NCBI GenBank assembly: GCA_029552745.1
Contig: JAKPDK010000167.1
Coordinates: 73,973 to 137,972 of the forward strand
Length of the DNA: 64,000 nt
Reading direction: 5' to 3'
Origin: Candidatus Hydrogenedentota bacterium
GTDB lineage: Bacteria; Hydrogenedentota; Hydrogenedentia; Hydrogenedentales; SLHB01
Shown: piece by piece, positions 1-9,755 of the stretch
Numbering within the stretch: position 1 is the first letter of the stretch
Layout of the letters: each line of letters opens with the position of its first letter
Notes under the pieces: generated by a model
What the model was told of the DNA's origin: nothing
Database searches by the model: none
Seen by the model: the letters and a program-made list of their open reading frames with translations, nothing else
Translations under genes and position numbers: made by a program

Positions 1-598
1 GTTCAAGCGTAATCGAGAAATGCGCGTAATTCGAATCCCGAATTTCAGTAGCCTACCGAAGTTTGTTGACGAGGAAACGGACGTCCTCGAGATCAAGGTA
101 TTCGATGATGGCAGTATCGTCTTGGCAAAGCCCTATTTGTCACGTGTTCGGTCGGTGGAAGATTTCGTGCCTGCATACGCGGAACACAAAACCAAAGGCA
201 AGATTGAAATCGCCCGTCGCCCGTCTGAGCAAGAGCTCCACGACCTGCTTTTTGCGTGGTACGTCAATATTCACGTTCGGTCGAATGGAGTAGTCATCGC
301 CAAAAACGGCCAGACACTCGCCGTGGGAACAGGAGAACAGGATCGCGTCGGTGCGGTCGAACAAGCCATTCACAAAGCCAAGACCAAATACCGTGGGACG
401 GAAACGTTGCAGGGTGCCGTGATGGCTTCCGACGGGTTTTTCCCGTTCCGGGATGCAGTAGATGCCGCCACCGCCGTAGGTATCACCGCTATCGCACAAC
501 CCGGGGGCAGCGTCAGCGACTATGACGTCATCGCAGCATGCAACGAGGCAGGCGCTGCGATGGTGTTCACACTGGAACGGTGTTTTTCCCATCATTAG
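1..598 (+). CDS. purH: AICAR transformylase/IMP cyclohydrolase PurH, C-terminal part (5' end lies outside window)
   Basis: Frame is open to window edge; C-terminal motifs VMASDGFFPFRD, QPGGSVSD, AAMVFT...F.HH match the AICARFT domain end of PurH. Confidence 0.7.
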   Translation, partial: FKRNREMRVIRIPNFSSLPKFVDEETDVLEIKVFDDGSIVLAKPYLSRVRSVEDFVPAYAEHKTKGKIEIARRPSEQELHDLLFAWYVNIHVRSNGVVIAKNGQTLAVGTGEQDRVGAVEQAIHKAKTKYRGTETLQGAVMASDGFFPFRDAVDAATAVGITAIAQPGGSVSDYDVIAACNEAGAAMVFTLERCFSHH

Positions 599-640
599 CG
601 AATTGTTACTCCAAAGAATACGCCATCTTACGGGAAGGAA

Positions 641-2035
641 ATGGGTTCCGTGCCAAATCCCAACCACTGCGTTTCCCGAATAGACAATCTCATAGAAAAG
701 TTTGCAGAGGCGTTTCCCGAAGTCTCCCATCCCATTAGGGTTTGTCGCGCCCCTGGAAGGATCAATCTCCTCGGCGAACATCTCGACTACAACGGGCTAC
801 CCGTGCTACCTACCACCATTCAACACGACATTTGCATTGCATTCACCCCCCGAGACGACCATGTGATCCGTTTGAAAAACGCCGACCCACGATTTTCAGA
901 AACCGCGTTCACGAACACGGAAGACATCCCACCCTCGGAGACCGGCGCTTGGGAAAACTATTGCAAAGCCGCAATCCAGGCGCTGAATCGCCGCTTCCCA
1001 TCAAGTGCCTATCGCGGGATGAACCTCTATGTTGACGGCAACATCCCTACGGCGGCGGGGCTTTCTTCGTCTTCTGCTTTTGTCGTCGCGTGTGCCTTGG
1101 CATACCTTGCCGTGTCAGAACTGGAACTGGACAAAGACATCTCTCGGATTGAATTAGCCACGCTCCTTGCCGAGGGAGAACACTATGTGGGCACGCGTGG
1201 GGGCGGGATGGACCAAGCCATTATTCTCCTCGGCGCACAGAACTGTGCATGCAAGATCGATTTCTTTCCCTTGCGGACCGAACGAGTGCCTCTGTTTGAA
1301 GACCATGTCTTCGTAGCTGCCCATTCCCTTGTGAAAGCGGACAAAACCGGCTCTGCGTTGCAACGATACAATGCGGGACCCGCCACTTGCCGCCTGCTCA
1401 CCGCCTTGATCGAACACGCTGCCAGGCAGGCGTTCGACGACGAGATCGAGCTCGAACGCCTCGGTGACTTGTGGCAGGGACCCTTATTTCTCACCCATGA
1501 AGAAGCGGAAGCATTGGTTCGTTCCGTACTATCTGAGAAACCGTTCTCGATGGATGAGCTGTCACGTTTCTTGAATCTCTCCCCGCAAGCCATACGAGAA
1601 AAATGGCTAGGGGCGCTTGAAATGCCTCCCGAAGGACTGCCCCTACACCGCCGAGCGCGACACGTTTTAACCGAATTTCACCGCGTGGAACGAGGGCGCG
1701 ACTTTCTCCTCGCAAAAGATGCCGCCGCTTTTGGGGAGCTCATGAGTGCGTCTCACCGCAGTTGCGCATCAGATTATGAGGTCAGCTGCCCAGAACTCGA
1801 CGAGCTTACAGAAATCGCGCGTCAGGCGGGCGCGTTGGGTTCCCGCATGACCGGTGCAGGATTTGGTGGTTATACCGTGAGCCTGGTACCGCAAGCTGCC
1901 CTTCTCCAATTTCTCCAAAGAGTCTACGAAGAATACTACCGGCCTCGCGGCATGCCGCCCGACGAAGCACACAACGTGCTTTGGGCAGCTGCTCCATCCT
2001 CCGGCGCGGGCTATACACCTTCCCCATTTTCTTGA
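641..2035 (+). CDS. GHMP-family sugar kinase, galactokinase-like (long, GalNAc/galactokinase type)
   Basis: PGRINLLGEHLDYNG (GalK signature), GLSSSSAF (GHMP ATP-binding motif), GGGMDQ, GSRMTGAGFGGYTV C-terminal GHMP motif; GGAAGGA 8 nt upstream of ATG. Confidence 0.8.
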   Translation: MGSVPNPNHCVSRIDNLIEKFAEAFPEVSHPIRVCRAPGRINLLGEHLDYNGLPVLPTTIQHDICIAFTPRDDHVIRLKNADPRFSETAFTNTEDIPPSETGAWENYCKAAIQALNRRFPSSAYRGMNLYVDGNIPTAAGLSSSSAFVVACALAYLAVSELELDKDISRIELATLLAEGEHYVGTRGGGMDQAIILLGAQNCACKIDFFPLRTERVPLFEDHVFVAAHSLVKADKTGSALQRYNAGPATCRLLTALIEHAARQAFDDEIELERLGDLWQGPLFLTHEEAEALVRSVLSEKPFSMDELSRFLNLSPQAIREKWLGALEMPPEGLPLHRRARHVLTEFHRVERGRDFLLAKDAAAFGELMSASHRSCASDYEVSCPELDELTEIARQAGALGSRMTGAGFGGYTVSLVPQAALLQFLQRVYEEYYRPRGMPPDEAHNVLWAAAPSSGAGYTPSPFS

Positions 2036-2169
2036 GGCAAGAAGGTGTCAACCCTTGCCACGCCCTCGGTGAGGAGAACCCTCTTGCCGCCCATTACCCA
2101 GGCGACACTCCCTCTTCTGTAGGGGCGCAACGTTGTTGCGCCCTATCCAGACCCCAGGGGTTCCCCTAG

Positions 2170-2310
2170 TACCCAGGAAATTGCCGCGTCGCCCCTTCGG
2201 GGCTCCTCGTAGTGACAACGTGGGGGTAGGGCAGAAGTGGGTGATTTCTCCGAATTCTTGGGGGATTGCCTCGTCGTGACTGACGGCACTCCTCGAAATG
2301 ACAGGGACGA
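2170..2310. repeat. two degenerate inverted-orientation copies of the 48-bp dispersed repeat module (GGGGATTGCC...CTCCTCG[CA]AATGACA)
   Basis: Sequence similarity to copies at 12135, 23108, 35465, 38890, 44049. Confidence 0.55.
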
Positions 2311-2333
2311 GGGTAGTGGACTTAGACATGCTG

Positions 2334-2362
2334 TTGACAAAGAAGTATCTCGTGGGTACAAT
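2334..2362 (+). promoter_or_regulatory. near-consensus sigma70 promoter (TTGACA-17 nt-TACAAT)
   Basis: TTGACA at 2334-2339, exactly 17-nt spacer, TACAAT at 2357-2362; oriented toward small ORF at 2486. Confidence 0.5.
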
Positions 2363-2485
2363 AGGGTCGTGCCGAGGCGGGTGTTCAATTCGGCAAGGGT
2401 AGGGGAGCCGCCGTAAGGGAGGCGGATCCCAAAACGGGCAATGGTTTTTGCAGCGGATGCTGCAGAAAGCGAAAGGAGAAAGCAA

Positions 2486-2602
2486 ATGAAATCGGAATGG
2501 TATTGGCAGCCTGGTGAGTGGTGGTGGTGGATCGCAGGCATTTTCACCGGCGGTATCGGATTTGTCGTCTATCTGCTGGGCTGGTTCTTTGACTTAGTCT
2601 TC
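2486..2602 (+). CDS. 38-aa Trp-rich small membrane peptide MKSEWYWQPGEWWWWIAGIFTGGIGFVVYLLGWFFDLVF (hypothetical)
   Basis: ATG preceded by GAAAGGAGAAAG SD at optimal spacing; consensus promoter 120 nt upstream; single hydrophobic helix; below ORF-track size cutoff. Confidence 0.45.
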
Positions 2603-2719
2603 TAGTCCGGTCTTTCGTACAGCGAATTAGGGCATGCTTCATTTTGAAGTGTGCCTTTTTCATTTTTTAAGGAGTGGGCTGGGTTGTTACTCGTAAGAGA
2701 GCCGGTGTAGCATAATGCC

Positions 2720-4312
2720 ATGAAAGAGGCATTTCGCAGAGCATCGGCAGCGGTGCAACGTGGGCACCGATTTGTCACGCGGGATGTGTGGCGCCTGGGC
2801 AAACCGGGGGAAGAGATTCCCCACGGACTGATCATCAAACACATCCGTGTTGCCATTTTGGTGTTTCGGAACTTGAAGCGGGATGTGTTTTGGTTGCGTG
2901 CATCGGCGCTCGCCTTCACGACGTTATTGTCCATCGTGCCGTTTTTTGCCGTCATGTTCTATGTTATCCAGTCGTTTAATCTAGAGGAGGGCTTGTACAA
3001 TTTCATAGCCGAACGAGTTCGCAGCCGACTCGAAACTCATCTAGTAACCAAGCCGACTTCAAGTCCAGCAACAACGTTTCCCTCTACAGCCGAAGTCCCT
3101 TCCGCAGATTCTATGGCGGCCTCGGGCGACTCCGCTAAGGACGACACCCGGGAGCCTCCCTTGAAAGATGTACTGATTGAGTGGATCTTTCAAAATGTCG
3201 CACAAAAGACCCAAACCGAAAAAGGCGAGGTGCTTCAAGACCCGGTGCGGGCATTGATCGCGTTTGCTGAACGGAGCGCCAACCCACATGCCATAGGCAT
3301 TTCTGGGCTGTTGCTGGTGCTTGCCGCCGTCTTTAGTCTGATGATCAACATCGAGATGGCTTTCAATTCGATTTGGGGGGTAAAGCCTACGCGGTCTTGG
3401 TATCGAATCATGAGTGACTATGTATTCATCATGCTTTTGCTGCCATTCATTGCCGCGTTTGTGCTGGGACTGACGGTGGCGTTCCAAAGCAAGGGAAACG
3501 AGGCTCTTGCAACCGTTATGCGTGGAACACGGTTCGTGGTCGTGTGGCTTTGTTTTGCGCTGTTGTATTTCATCGTTCCCAATACCCGCGTGCGGTTCCG
3601 CTACGCCCTCATCGGGGGTGTCGTCGCGGGCACCGCGTGGATCGGCAACGCATGGCTATATGTAAGCTTGGTCAGTTTGACCGGATACCGCATGATTTAC
3701 GCCAGTTTTGCCCAATTCCCGCTACTGGTAGGATGGATTTACTTGAGTTGGGTGATTGTGCTGTTCGGTGCTCAGTTGACCTTTGCCTACCAGAACGAAC
3801 GCACCTTTGCCTTGGAACGGCTTGCCGCAGATGCCAGCTATGCATATCGTGAAGCAGTCGCTTTGGGGCTCATGCTCGAGATGGCGCGCCGCTTTGACTC
3901 CGGCATCGGTGGGCTCGAGCCGTCGGCTTCTGCAGCGGCATGGAATATTCCAATGAGCCTTGTCAACCAGACGCTAGACCATCTCGAATCTGCAGGCCTC
4001 ATCCGCCGCTGCGCAACAGAGCCCCCCACTTATCTGCCAGCCCGTTCGCTTGACCGTATCACGGTGAACGACGTGATCTCAGCAATCCGTGAAGCAGGCG
4101 AAGAACCGTCGGCTTTGCGGGAAGACAAGGGACTCCGCCCCTTTTTGGACATGCTGTGCGAGGTGCGAGGCCAGACGTTGGCGCAAACGTTGGCTTCTGT
4201 GATCCGTAATGAGCGTTTAAAGATTCCCGGGATCGACACCCTAGATGATTTGGGGACCGCCCCGGGAGGTCTCGACCTCACCTCACCTTCAAGTGATGCA
4301 GGGTCCCCATAA
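2720..4312 (+). CDS. YihY/BrkB (virulence factor BrkB / former RNase BN) family inner-membrane protein with C-terminal extension
   Basis: Multiple TM helices; family motifs LAFTTLLSIVP, NIEMAFNSIWGV, FGAQLTFAYQ; ~130-aa soluble C-terminal tail. Confidence 0.8.
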   Translation: MKEAFRRASAAVQRGHRFVTRDVWRLGKPGEEIPHGLIIKHIRVAILVFRNLKRDVFWLRASALAFTTLLSIVPFFAVMFYVIQSFNLEEGLYNFIAERVRSRLETHLVTKPTSSPATTFPSTAEVPSADSMAASGDSAKDDTREPPLKDVLIEWIFQNVAQKTQTEKGEVLQDPVRALIAFAERSANPHAIGISGLLLVLAAVFSLMINIEMAFNSIWGVKPTRSWYRIMSDYVFIMLLLPFIAAFVLGLTVAFQSKGNEALATVMRGTRFVVVWLCFALLYFIVPNTRVRFRYALIGGVVAGTAWIGNAWLYVSLVSLTGYRMIYASFAQFPLLVGWIYLSWVIVLFGAQLTFAYQNERTFALERLAADASYAYREAVALGLMLEMARRFDSGIGGLEPSASAAAWNIPMSLVNQTLDHLESAGLIRRCATEPPTYLPARSLDRITVNDVISAIREAGEEPSALREDKGLRPFLDMLCEVRGQTLAQTLASVIRNERLKIPGIDTLDDLGTAPGGLDLTSPSSDAGSP

Positions 4313-4327
4313 ACGAGCTTTAGAGTA

Positions 4328-6532
4328 ATGAGCACGGATGAGCATTCTTTACCAACGCGCAGCGCGCAGCGCGTACTCGACTTCTCTTCCACAGACTCGC
4401 GGGATGACAATCTTGTAGCGGTTCGTGGCTCCGTGGAACGGATTGTCTATGAGAATGCGGAGACGGGTTTTCTCGTAGGACGCCTAAAAGAAGAAGACTC
4501 TAGCCAAGAAATTACGTTTGTGGGGTCGTTTCTCGCTGTTTCTCCGGGGGACTGTATGCGCTTATGGGGACGGTGGAGCGAAAACCCGAGATACGGCAGG
4601 GAATTTCGAGTTGAACGGTTTGAGGTACTCATACCCAGTACTGTAGAAGGCATTGAGAAGTATTTGGGTTCCGGGCTAATCGAAGGGATTGGAAAAGAGT
4701 TTGCGCGTCGTATTGTAACCGTCTTCGGTGCCGAGACCTTACGGATTATTGACGAAGAACCAGAGCGGTTGCGTTCCGTGCCCGGCATCGGCGAAAAACG
4801 CGCCGCACAGATTCGTCAAGCATGGGAAGTCCAAAAAAACATCCGAGCCATCATGGTGTTTCTTCAGGGACACGGCATAGGCGTCAATCATGCCGTGCGA
4901 ATCTACAAGCGCTATGGAGACAAGGCACTCACCGTGTTGCGCGAAAATCCCTATCGCCTGGCGGAAGACATCTCCGGTATCGCGTTTCGCACCGCCGATG
5001 CCATCGCCCAATCCTTGGGGATTCCGAAAGACTCCCCACTACGCGCTCAAGCCGGAATGCGCTATGCATTGGAACAAGCGTCTTCGGAAGGGCACGTATT
5101 CTTACCCCGTGAGGAATTGCGCGAACGCGTAATTCAATTGCTCGAAGCGACTCCCGCCCTTTTCGAAGAAGCCTTGATTAGTGCGTTGGAACGTAAAACA
5201 CTTATCAGCGACGAAAAGGGCATTTATCTGCCTCACCTCTATTATTCCGAGACGGGGGTGGCGCGGCTCCTGAAAACCATTGCAAGCAGTCCCCTACAAG
5301 AAGTCTCCATCCTCGTGGAGAAAGCCATCCCTTGGTTGGAACGCCGCTACTCCCTCCAATTGTCGGAAGAACAACGTCAAGCCATTCGAACCGCCGTAGC
5401 TGCAAAGACATTAGTGATTACCGGAGGTCCGGGCACGGGCAAAACCACCATTATTCGTAGCCTGTTGGATATCTTCGAGCAAAAGGGGCTTTCGATCGCC
5501 TTGGCAGCACCAACAGGACGCGCCGCAAAGCGTATCACCGCAGCCACCGGTCGAGAGGCAAAGACCATTCATCGTTTGCTGGAATTCAGCCCTCAAACGG
5601 GCAAATTCACGCGCAACGATACCAACCCGCTACGAATAGATATGCTAGTTGTGGATGAGTGCTCGATGGTCGACGTCCTGTTGATGTACAGCCTCTTGAA
5701 AGCCGTGCCGCCCTGTGCGCGACTTGTCCTCGTGGGCGACGTCGACCAGTTGCCATCCGTGGGACCTGGGACAGTCTTGTTCGATATCATCACCAGCAAC
5801 GTCATACCCGTCGTCTGGCTTAAGACCGTATTTCGCCAAGCAGCGGAAAGCGGCATCATCACGAATGCGCACCGAATCAATCAGGGTGCCTATCCGGAGT
5901 TCAACACGCGTGACTTTTTTTTCGTCGATCGGCAGGAGCCCGAAGGCGTTTGCACTACAATCGTAGATTTGGTCGCCCACCGAATTCCCAAACGTTTCGG
6001 CCTTGACCCCAAACGTGATATTCAGGTGTTGGCGCCCATGCACCGAGGTCCTGCCGGTGTTATCGCATTAAACGAGGCGCTCCAACGTGTCTTAAATCCC
6101 CACGGCAGCGCAATTCCAGGCAGACGATTTGGTGTGGGCGATAAAGTCATGCAACAGCGAAATAACTACGAGCTCGATGTGTTTAACGGCGATGTCGGCA
6201 TCATTTGCGGGTACGATGAGGACGATCAATCCGTATCCGTGCAGTATGATGACCGAACGGTCGTCTACCCCCGTCTGGCTCTGGACGAATTGGAACTCGC
6301 CTATGCGGGTACTGTACACAAAGCTCAGGGATCGGAATACCCTGCTGTCGTGATACCCGTTGTCCCGCAGCACCACATTATGTTACAGCGGAATGTACTC
6401 TATACGGCCGTCACCCGTGCGTCTCGTTTGGTGGTCATGGTGGGAACCCCAAAAGCCCTACATACCGCCCTGCGAAACACAAAAGTCGTCCGACGCTATT
6501 CAGGATTGGCAGACCGACTCCGCCAAAATTGA
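4328..6532 (+). CDS. recD2: RecD2-type ATP-dependent DNA helicase (SF1, RecD/TraA family)
   Basis: N-terminal HhH region, Walker A VITGGPGTGKTT, LAAPTGRAAKR, LVVDECSMVD, LVGDVDQLPSVGPG, C-terminal AYAGTVHKAQGSEYPAVV. Confidence 0.85.
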   Translation: MSTDEHSLPTRSAQRVLDFSSTDSRDDNLVAVRGSVERIVYENAETGFLVGRLKEEDSSQEITFVGSFLAVSPGDCMRLWGRWSENPRYGREFRVERFEVLIPSTVEGIEKYLGSGLIEGIGKEFARRIVTVFGAETLRIIDEEPERLRSVPGIGEKRAAQIRQAWEVQKNIRAIMVFLQGHGIGVNHAVRIYKRYGDKALTVLRENPYRLAEDISGIAFRTADAIAQSLGIPKDSPLRAQAGMRYALEQASSEGHVFLPREELRERVIQLLEATPALFEEALISALERKTLISDEKGIYLPHLYYSETGVARLLKTIASSPLQEVSILVEKAIPWLERRYSLQLSEEQRQAIRTAVAAKTLVITGGPGTGKTTIIRSLLDIFEQKGLSIALAAPTGRAAKRITAATGREAKTIHRLLEFSPQTGKFTRNDTNPLRIDMLVVDECSMVDVLLMYSLLKAVPPCARLVLVGDVDQLPSVGPGTVLFDIITSNVIPVVWLKTVFRQAAESGIITNAHRINQGAYPEFNTRDFFFVDRQEPEGVCTTIVDLVAHRIPKRFGLDPKRDIQVLAPMHRGPAGVIALNEALQRVLNPHGSAIPGRRFGVGDKVMQQRNNYELDVFNGDVGIICGYDEDDQSVSVQYDDRTVVYPRLALDELELAYAGTVHKAQGSEYPAVVIPVVPQHHIMLQRNVLYTAVTRASRLVVMVGTPKALHTALRNTKVVRRYSGLADRLRQN

Positions 6533-6545
6533 CGCACCGCGAGAA

Positions 6546-9272
6546 CTACCAGGACTGACGTCGAACCAGCAAGACCCAGTCTCGGTCGGCGTCAGCAGGG
6601 GGAGACCCAATGGGTACCCAGTCGCCACCTTTCACGGCGCCGCCCTCTATCAAACCGCCGCCAGCGCGTGGGTTAAACCACTGGAGAACGTATCTTCCCT
6701 TCGGCAAATGAAGCGCGACGCCGCCCACCTGAGGCATATAAAGAAGATACGTTTTCGGCGGTGAGGCAAGACACCATACGCCGTCACCTCGCACTCCGTT
6801 CTCCAGCGGGACCATGTCCCAAAACGGAAGATACTGATGGAAAAACTCAAGCGCATACCGCGTTTGCGCCCACATGTTTTCACGGCTGCGCCAATCTTCG
6901 CACGTTAAGTCACTGTTCGGATAATCGTAACCAAAATACCACTCCACTCCGGCGCCGCCTGCCATCAAATTACCCCAAAGACAATACCGGCGCACCTCAT
7001 CATGGTCCGGATCCTCGGTGTCCGGTTTGACGCCGATATTCGCTGGACCGATCTCGTCGAGGCACACGATCCACGGCTTACCGGCTTCATTAGAACGCCG
7101 CACCCATTTGAGGGTCTCCGCATACGTCTTTGTCTTGTCACCCATTTGCAGCGAAGGCCCCTCCAAATAGGGATAACCTAAGAGCGGTGTATACACCTTA
7201 TCATACTGGTTCGGAAACGTATGGACGACGATAGAGTGATCATACGGGTCGAGCGCGCGAATGTATTCTGCGAATGCCTTTCGTTCTTCGTCGGTATTCG
7301 TATTTTCTTCCCCGAGGTTCCACACCACGCCGAGATGGTGAGCAAATCGCGCCACGAGCTCGCGATAATACAATCGCCGTTGAGGTCCAAGTGCTCCTTT
7401 ATCGAAAAGTTGATCGTTCTCCTGTTCTTGCGTGATCACATGCAGCATGAGTCCCAATCGATCCATGTGACGGAACACGACTTCCCATTGGTCAAGTTTG
7501 CTGCAATCAAACCGCTGGCGTTCCGTGTCGCTCGTCCACATCCAGACGTCTTTTCCGTCCCCTTTCACATTCATCGTGAGAAAATACACGGAATTCATGC
7601 CTTGCCCCGCAAGATAGTTCAATGCCCCAATTATGTTCTTGCCTTTGTTATCGCCCCACAGCGGGTCTCCCCAGCGCCAATCTCCGGCGTGCGGCTCATA
7701 ATGATGTGAGGGAGGAGTTTGATCAAAATCGACGAAAGCCAGAAAGTTCTCCGGGCTGTCTGCCCCGCCTTTAATAAAATACTCTCGACTACCCGCGAAC
7801 TGGAGATAGTGTTTGCCTACATAGTTCAGCATACCCTTGCCATAGAAACCGGGCGCTGCGAGATCGGCTTTGGCAACGCGTATCACCCCTTCTGTCCCGT
7901 CAGGTGCTGCCGGAGTTCCAGTCGTTTCCTGTCCAGCAATCGCGACGTCCTTACCGCTAACAAACGACACGCGGTATTTCCATTCGCCGGCTTCGTCAGG
8001 AACAAAATGAGCCCGCCACACGTTGCCACTGTCCGCGCCCGAGTTGCCGGCGATACCATCCGCTGCGAAATACCCCGGCACAACAACCTCGCGGCGGCCG
8101 TGCCAAAACGTGACCGAAAACTTGTAATCGGTAAACGGATTTGGGTCGCCGGATTCAGAACATGGAGGACCAAACATGGACAGAGTTAATGGAAAGTTTA
8201 CACGTGCTTCTCCCGTCATGACGATGTCATGGTTGCTGTACCCGCAAGCGCGCGCGAGCAAACCAAGTACCTGGTTCATTCGGGTCGTCCGGTCACCGCC
8301 GCACAGTTCGCCCCATTTCCCCTTGGCGCACACGAGCGCAACCCCAAGACTCGGCATGATAGCAGCGCAGTTGCCTCCGGCGCCGATTGCCATCACCGTG
8401 TCAGCCGGGGCGTCGGGCCACGTGGGCAAGTCGGGATGAAGGCGTCCCGTGCTATTGAACCACCAATTAAACCCATAGATACCAGGACCCGCCTTGGAAA
8501 AATGATCGGAGCCGCCTCCGTACGAACCAATACCCAGATAATCGTCCGTGTCGGCAGGCTGAGTCTGCGGCAAATTTTTATGCGTCTGGGGTTGCATGTA
8601 GTCATCGAAGTAATGTCTTGGAAGCACCTGGCGATGTCCCCATCTGCCCTTACTTGCCCAAAACCAGGCAATACGCGCAAAATCCCGTACCGACGCCGAC
8701 ATCCGACGCCGCACGGGATCAAACTTCAGTCCATCTTGCAGCCCGAGCGCACCGAGTCTGTTAGGTGCTTCGGCGGCTTGTTGTGGATCCTGTCGAAAAA
8801 CACAGTCAAAAAGAGTCTTTTGATACAGTTGTATGGCAAAATCGTTGTACGCCCATGCCTCCCCAGGACCTTCCGGGCGGGCGTAACCACTGTTCATACT
8901 TCCCAAGTGCCGAAACGTAATGCCCCGGTCTTTTTCTTTCAGTTCCCAGCCGAAATCTGCTATCGGTTCATCTACACTCTTGACCAGTCCTTCCTCGATG
9001 GCGAAGAACAAAAGGGTACTCAGTACCGGTTTTGCCGCCGAGAACCAATCGCCCCGTTGTTTCTGATCTCCCCACGCTTTGACAATATACCCATCTTTGA
9101 TGATGCACCCCCGACCTTCCAGTAATGCCGCTATTTCATCCAGTTTCGCCGCGTCCATTTTCATGCGTTCCGGCTCTCGGGACTCCCACTCCTCCGCGGG
9201 GAAATGCAGACCTGCATGCACCACGAAGGACACTTGGAGAAACATTCCAAAAAGAACGCCCAACCTACACAT
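6546..9272 (-). CDS. secreted fusion protein: N-terminal beta-lactamase-fold serine hydrolase + DUF5060 Ig-like + DUF4038 TIM-barrel + collagenase-like C-terminal domain (GH140-like architecture)
   Basis: Signal peptide; SAAK (S-x-x-K) active-site motif ~residue 70; C-terminal 560 aa has the DUF5060/DUF4038/Collagen_bind_2-like arrangement seen in GH140 proteins; GGGAGAAG SD before first ATG. Confidence 0.65.
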   Translation of the reverse strand: MCRLGVLFGMFLQVSFVVHAGLHFPAEEWESREPERMKMDAAKLDEIAALLEGRGCIIKDGYIVKAWGDQKQRGDWFSAAKPVLSTLLFFAIEEGLVKSVDEPIADFGWELKEKDRGITFRHLGSMNSGYARPEGPGEAWAYNDFAIQLYQKTLFDCVFRQDPQQAAEAPNRLGALGLQDGLKFDPVRRRMSASVRDFARIAWFWASKGRWGHRQVLPRHYFDDYMQPQTHKNLPQTQPADTDDYLGIGSYGGGSDHFSKAGPGIYGFNWWFNSTGRLHPDLPTWPDAPADTVMAIGAGGNCAAIMPSLGVALVCAKGKWGELCGGDRTTRMNQVLGLLARACGYSNHDIVMTGEARVNFPLTLSMFGPPCSESGDPNPFTDYKFSVTFWHGRREVVVPGYFAADGIAGNSGADSGNVWRAHFVPDEAGEWKYRVSFVSGKDVAIAGQETTGTPAAPDGTEGVIRVAKADLAAPGFYGKGMLNYVGKHYLQFAGSREYFIKGGADSPENFLAFVDFDQTPPSHHYEPHAGDWRWGDPLWGDNKGKNIIGALNYLAGQGMNSVYFLTMNVKGDGKDVWMWTSDTERQRFDCSKLDQWEVVFRHMDRLGLMLHVITQEQENDQLFDKGALGPQRRLYYRELVARFAHHLGVVWNLGEENTNTDEERKAFAEYIRALDPYDHSIVVHTFPNQYDKVYTPLLGYPYLEGPSLQMGDKTKTYAETLKWVRRSNEAGKPWIVCLDEIGPANIGVKPDTEDPDHDEVRRYCLWGNLMAGGAGVEWYFGYDYPNSDLTCEDWRSRENMWAQTRYALEFFHQYLPFWDMVPLENGVRGDGVWCLASPPKTYLLYMPQVGGVALHLPKGRYVLQWFNPRAGGGLIEGGAVKGGDWVPIGSPPADADRDWVLLVRRQSW

Positions 9273-9296
9273 ACCACTTCTCCCTGTTATTTGCGC

Positions 9297-9722
9297 CTAA
9301 AATTGGCGCAAATATGACTCAAACGAATCTGATTGGATTTCCGCCTCTTCCCAATAAGACGACACGGAACTATCCGGGGCACGTTTCAAAGGATCTCGTG
9401 CGGCAATACGTAATACCAGCCCTGCGGGAAGGAACAACACAATGAACGCGACCGTGAGAAGTACATAGGTGATTACCCAGGCAACTGCGTTCATCACCTT
9501 CTCTGACACGATATAAAGGGGACGAAGTATCCTGGGCAAAAGGAGCGACAACGCGGCGCTCACCAAGGCAAATGCCGGCAAAACTACAGGAAACGAAGGC
9601 ATGACGCCTGAACGGTGCCAGAGTAGCCCCCAACGAACTGCCGCTACGAAAAGAAAAGCGACAGCAATGGATAAACCAAATCGCCGCAGCTCCGCCGGTG
9701 ACGCCGATTCATGTTGTCTCAT
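9297..9722 (-). CDS. small two-TM membrane protein, possibly SxtJ family (commonly paired with carbamoyltransferases)
   Basis: 141 aa, two hydrophobic helices, immediately downstream (34 bp) of carbamoyltransferase on same strand; family assignment from memory of gene neighbourhood, not from motif. Confidence 0.4.
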   Translation of the reverse strand: MRQHESASPAELRRFGLSIAVAFLFVAAVRWGLLWHRSGVMPSFPVVLPAFALVSAALSLLLPRILRPLYIVSEKVMNAVAWVITYVLLTVAFIVLFLPAGLVLRIAARDPLKRAPDSSVSSYWEEAEIQSDSFESYLRQF

Positions 9723-9755
9723 GGTAACGTCACTCCGTTTGAGTCCGAAAAGTTC

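Noticed and set aside
4328-6532. RecD2 + YihY as a possible phage-defence module
   Set aside because: Both are common stand-alone housekeeping genes with no nuclease, methylase or other defence-associated partner nearby.
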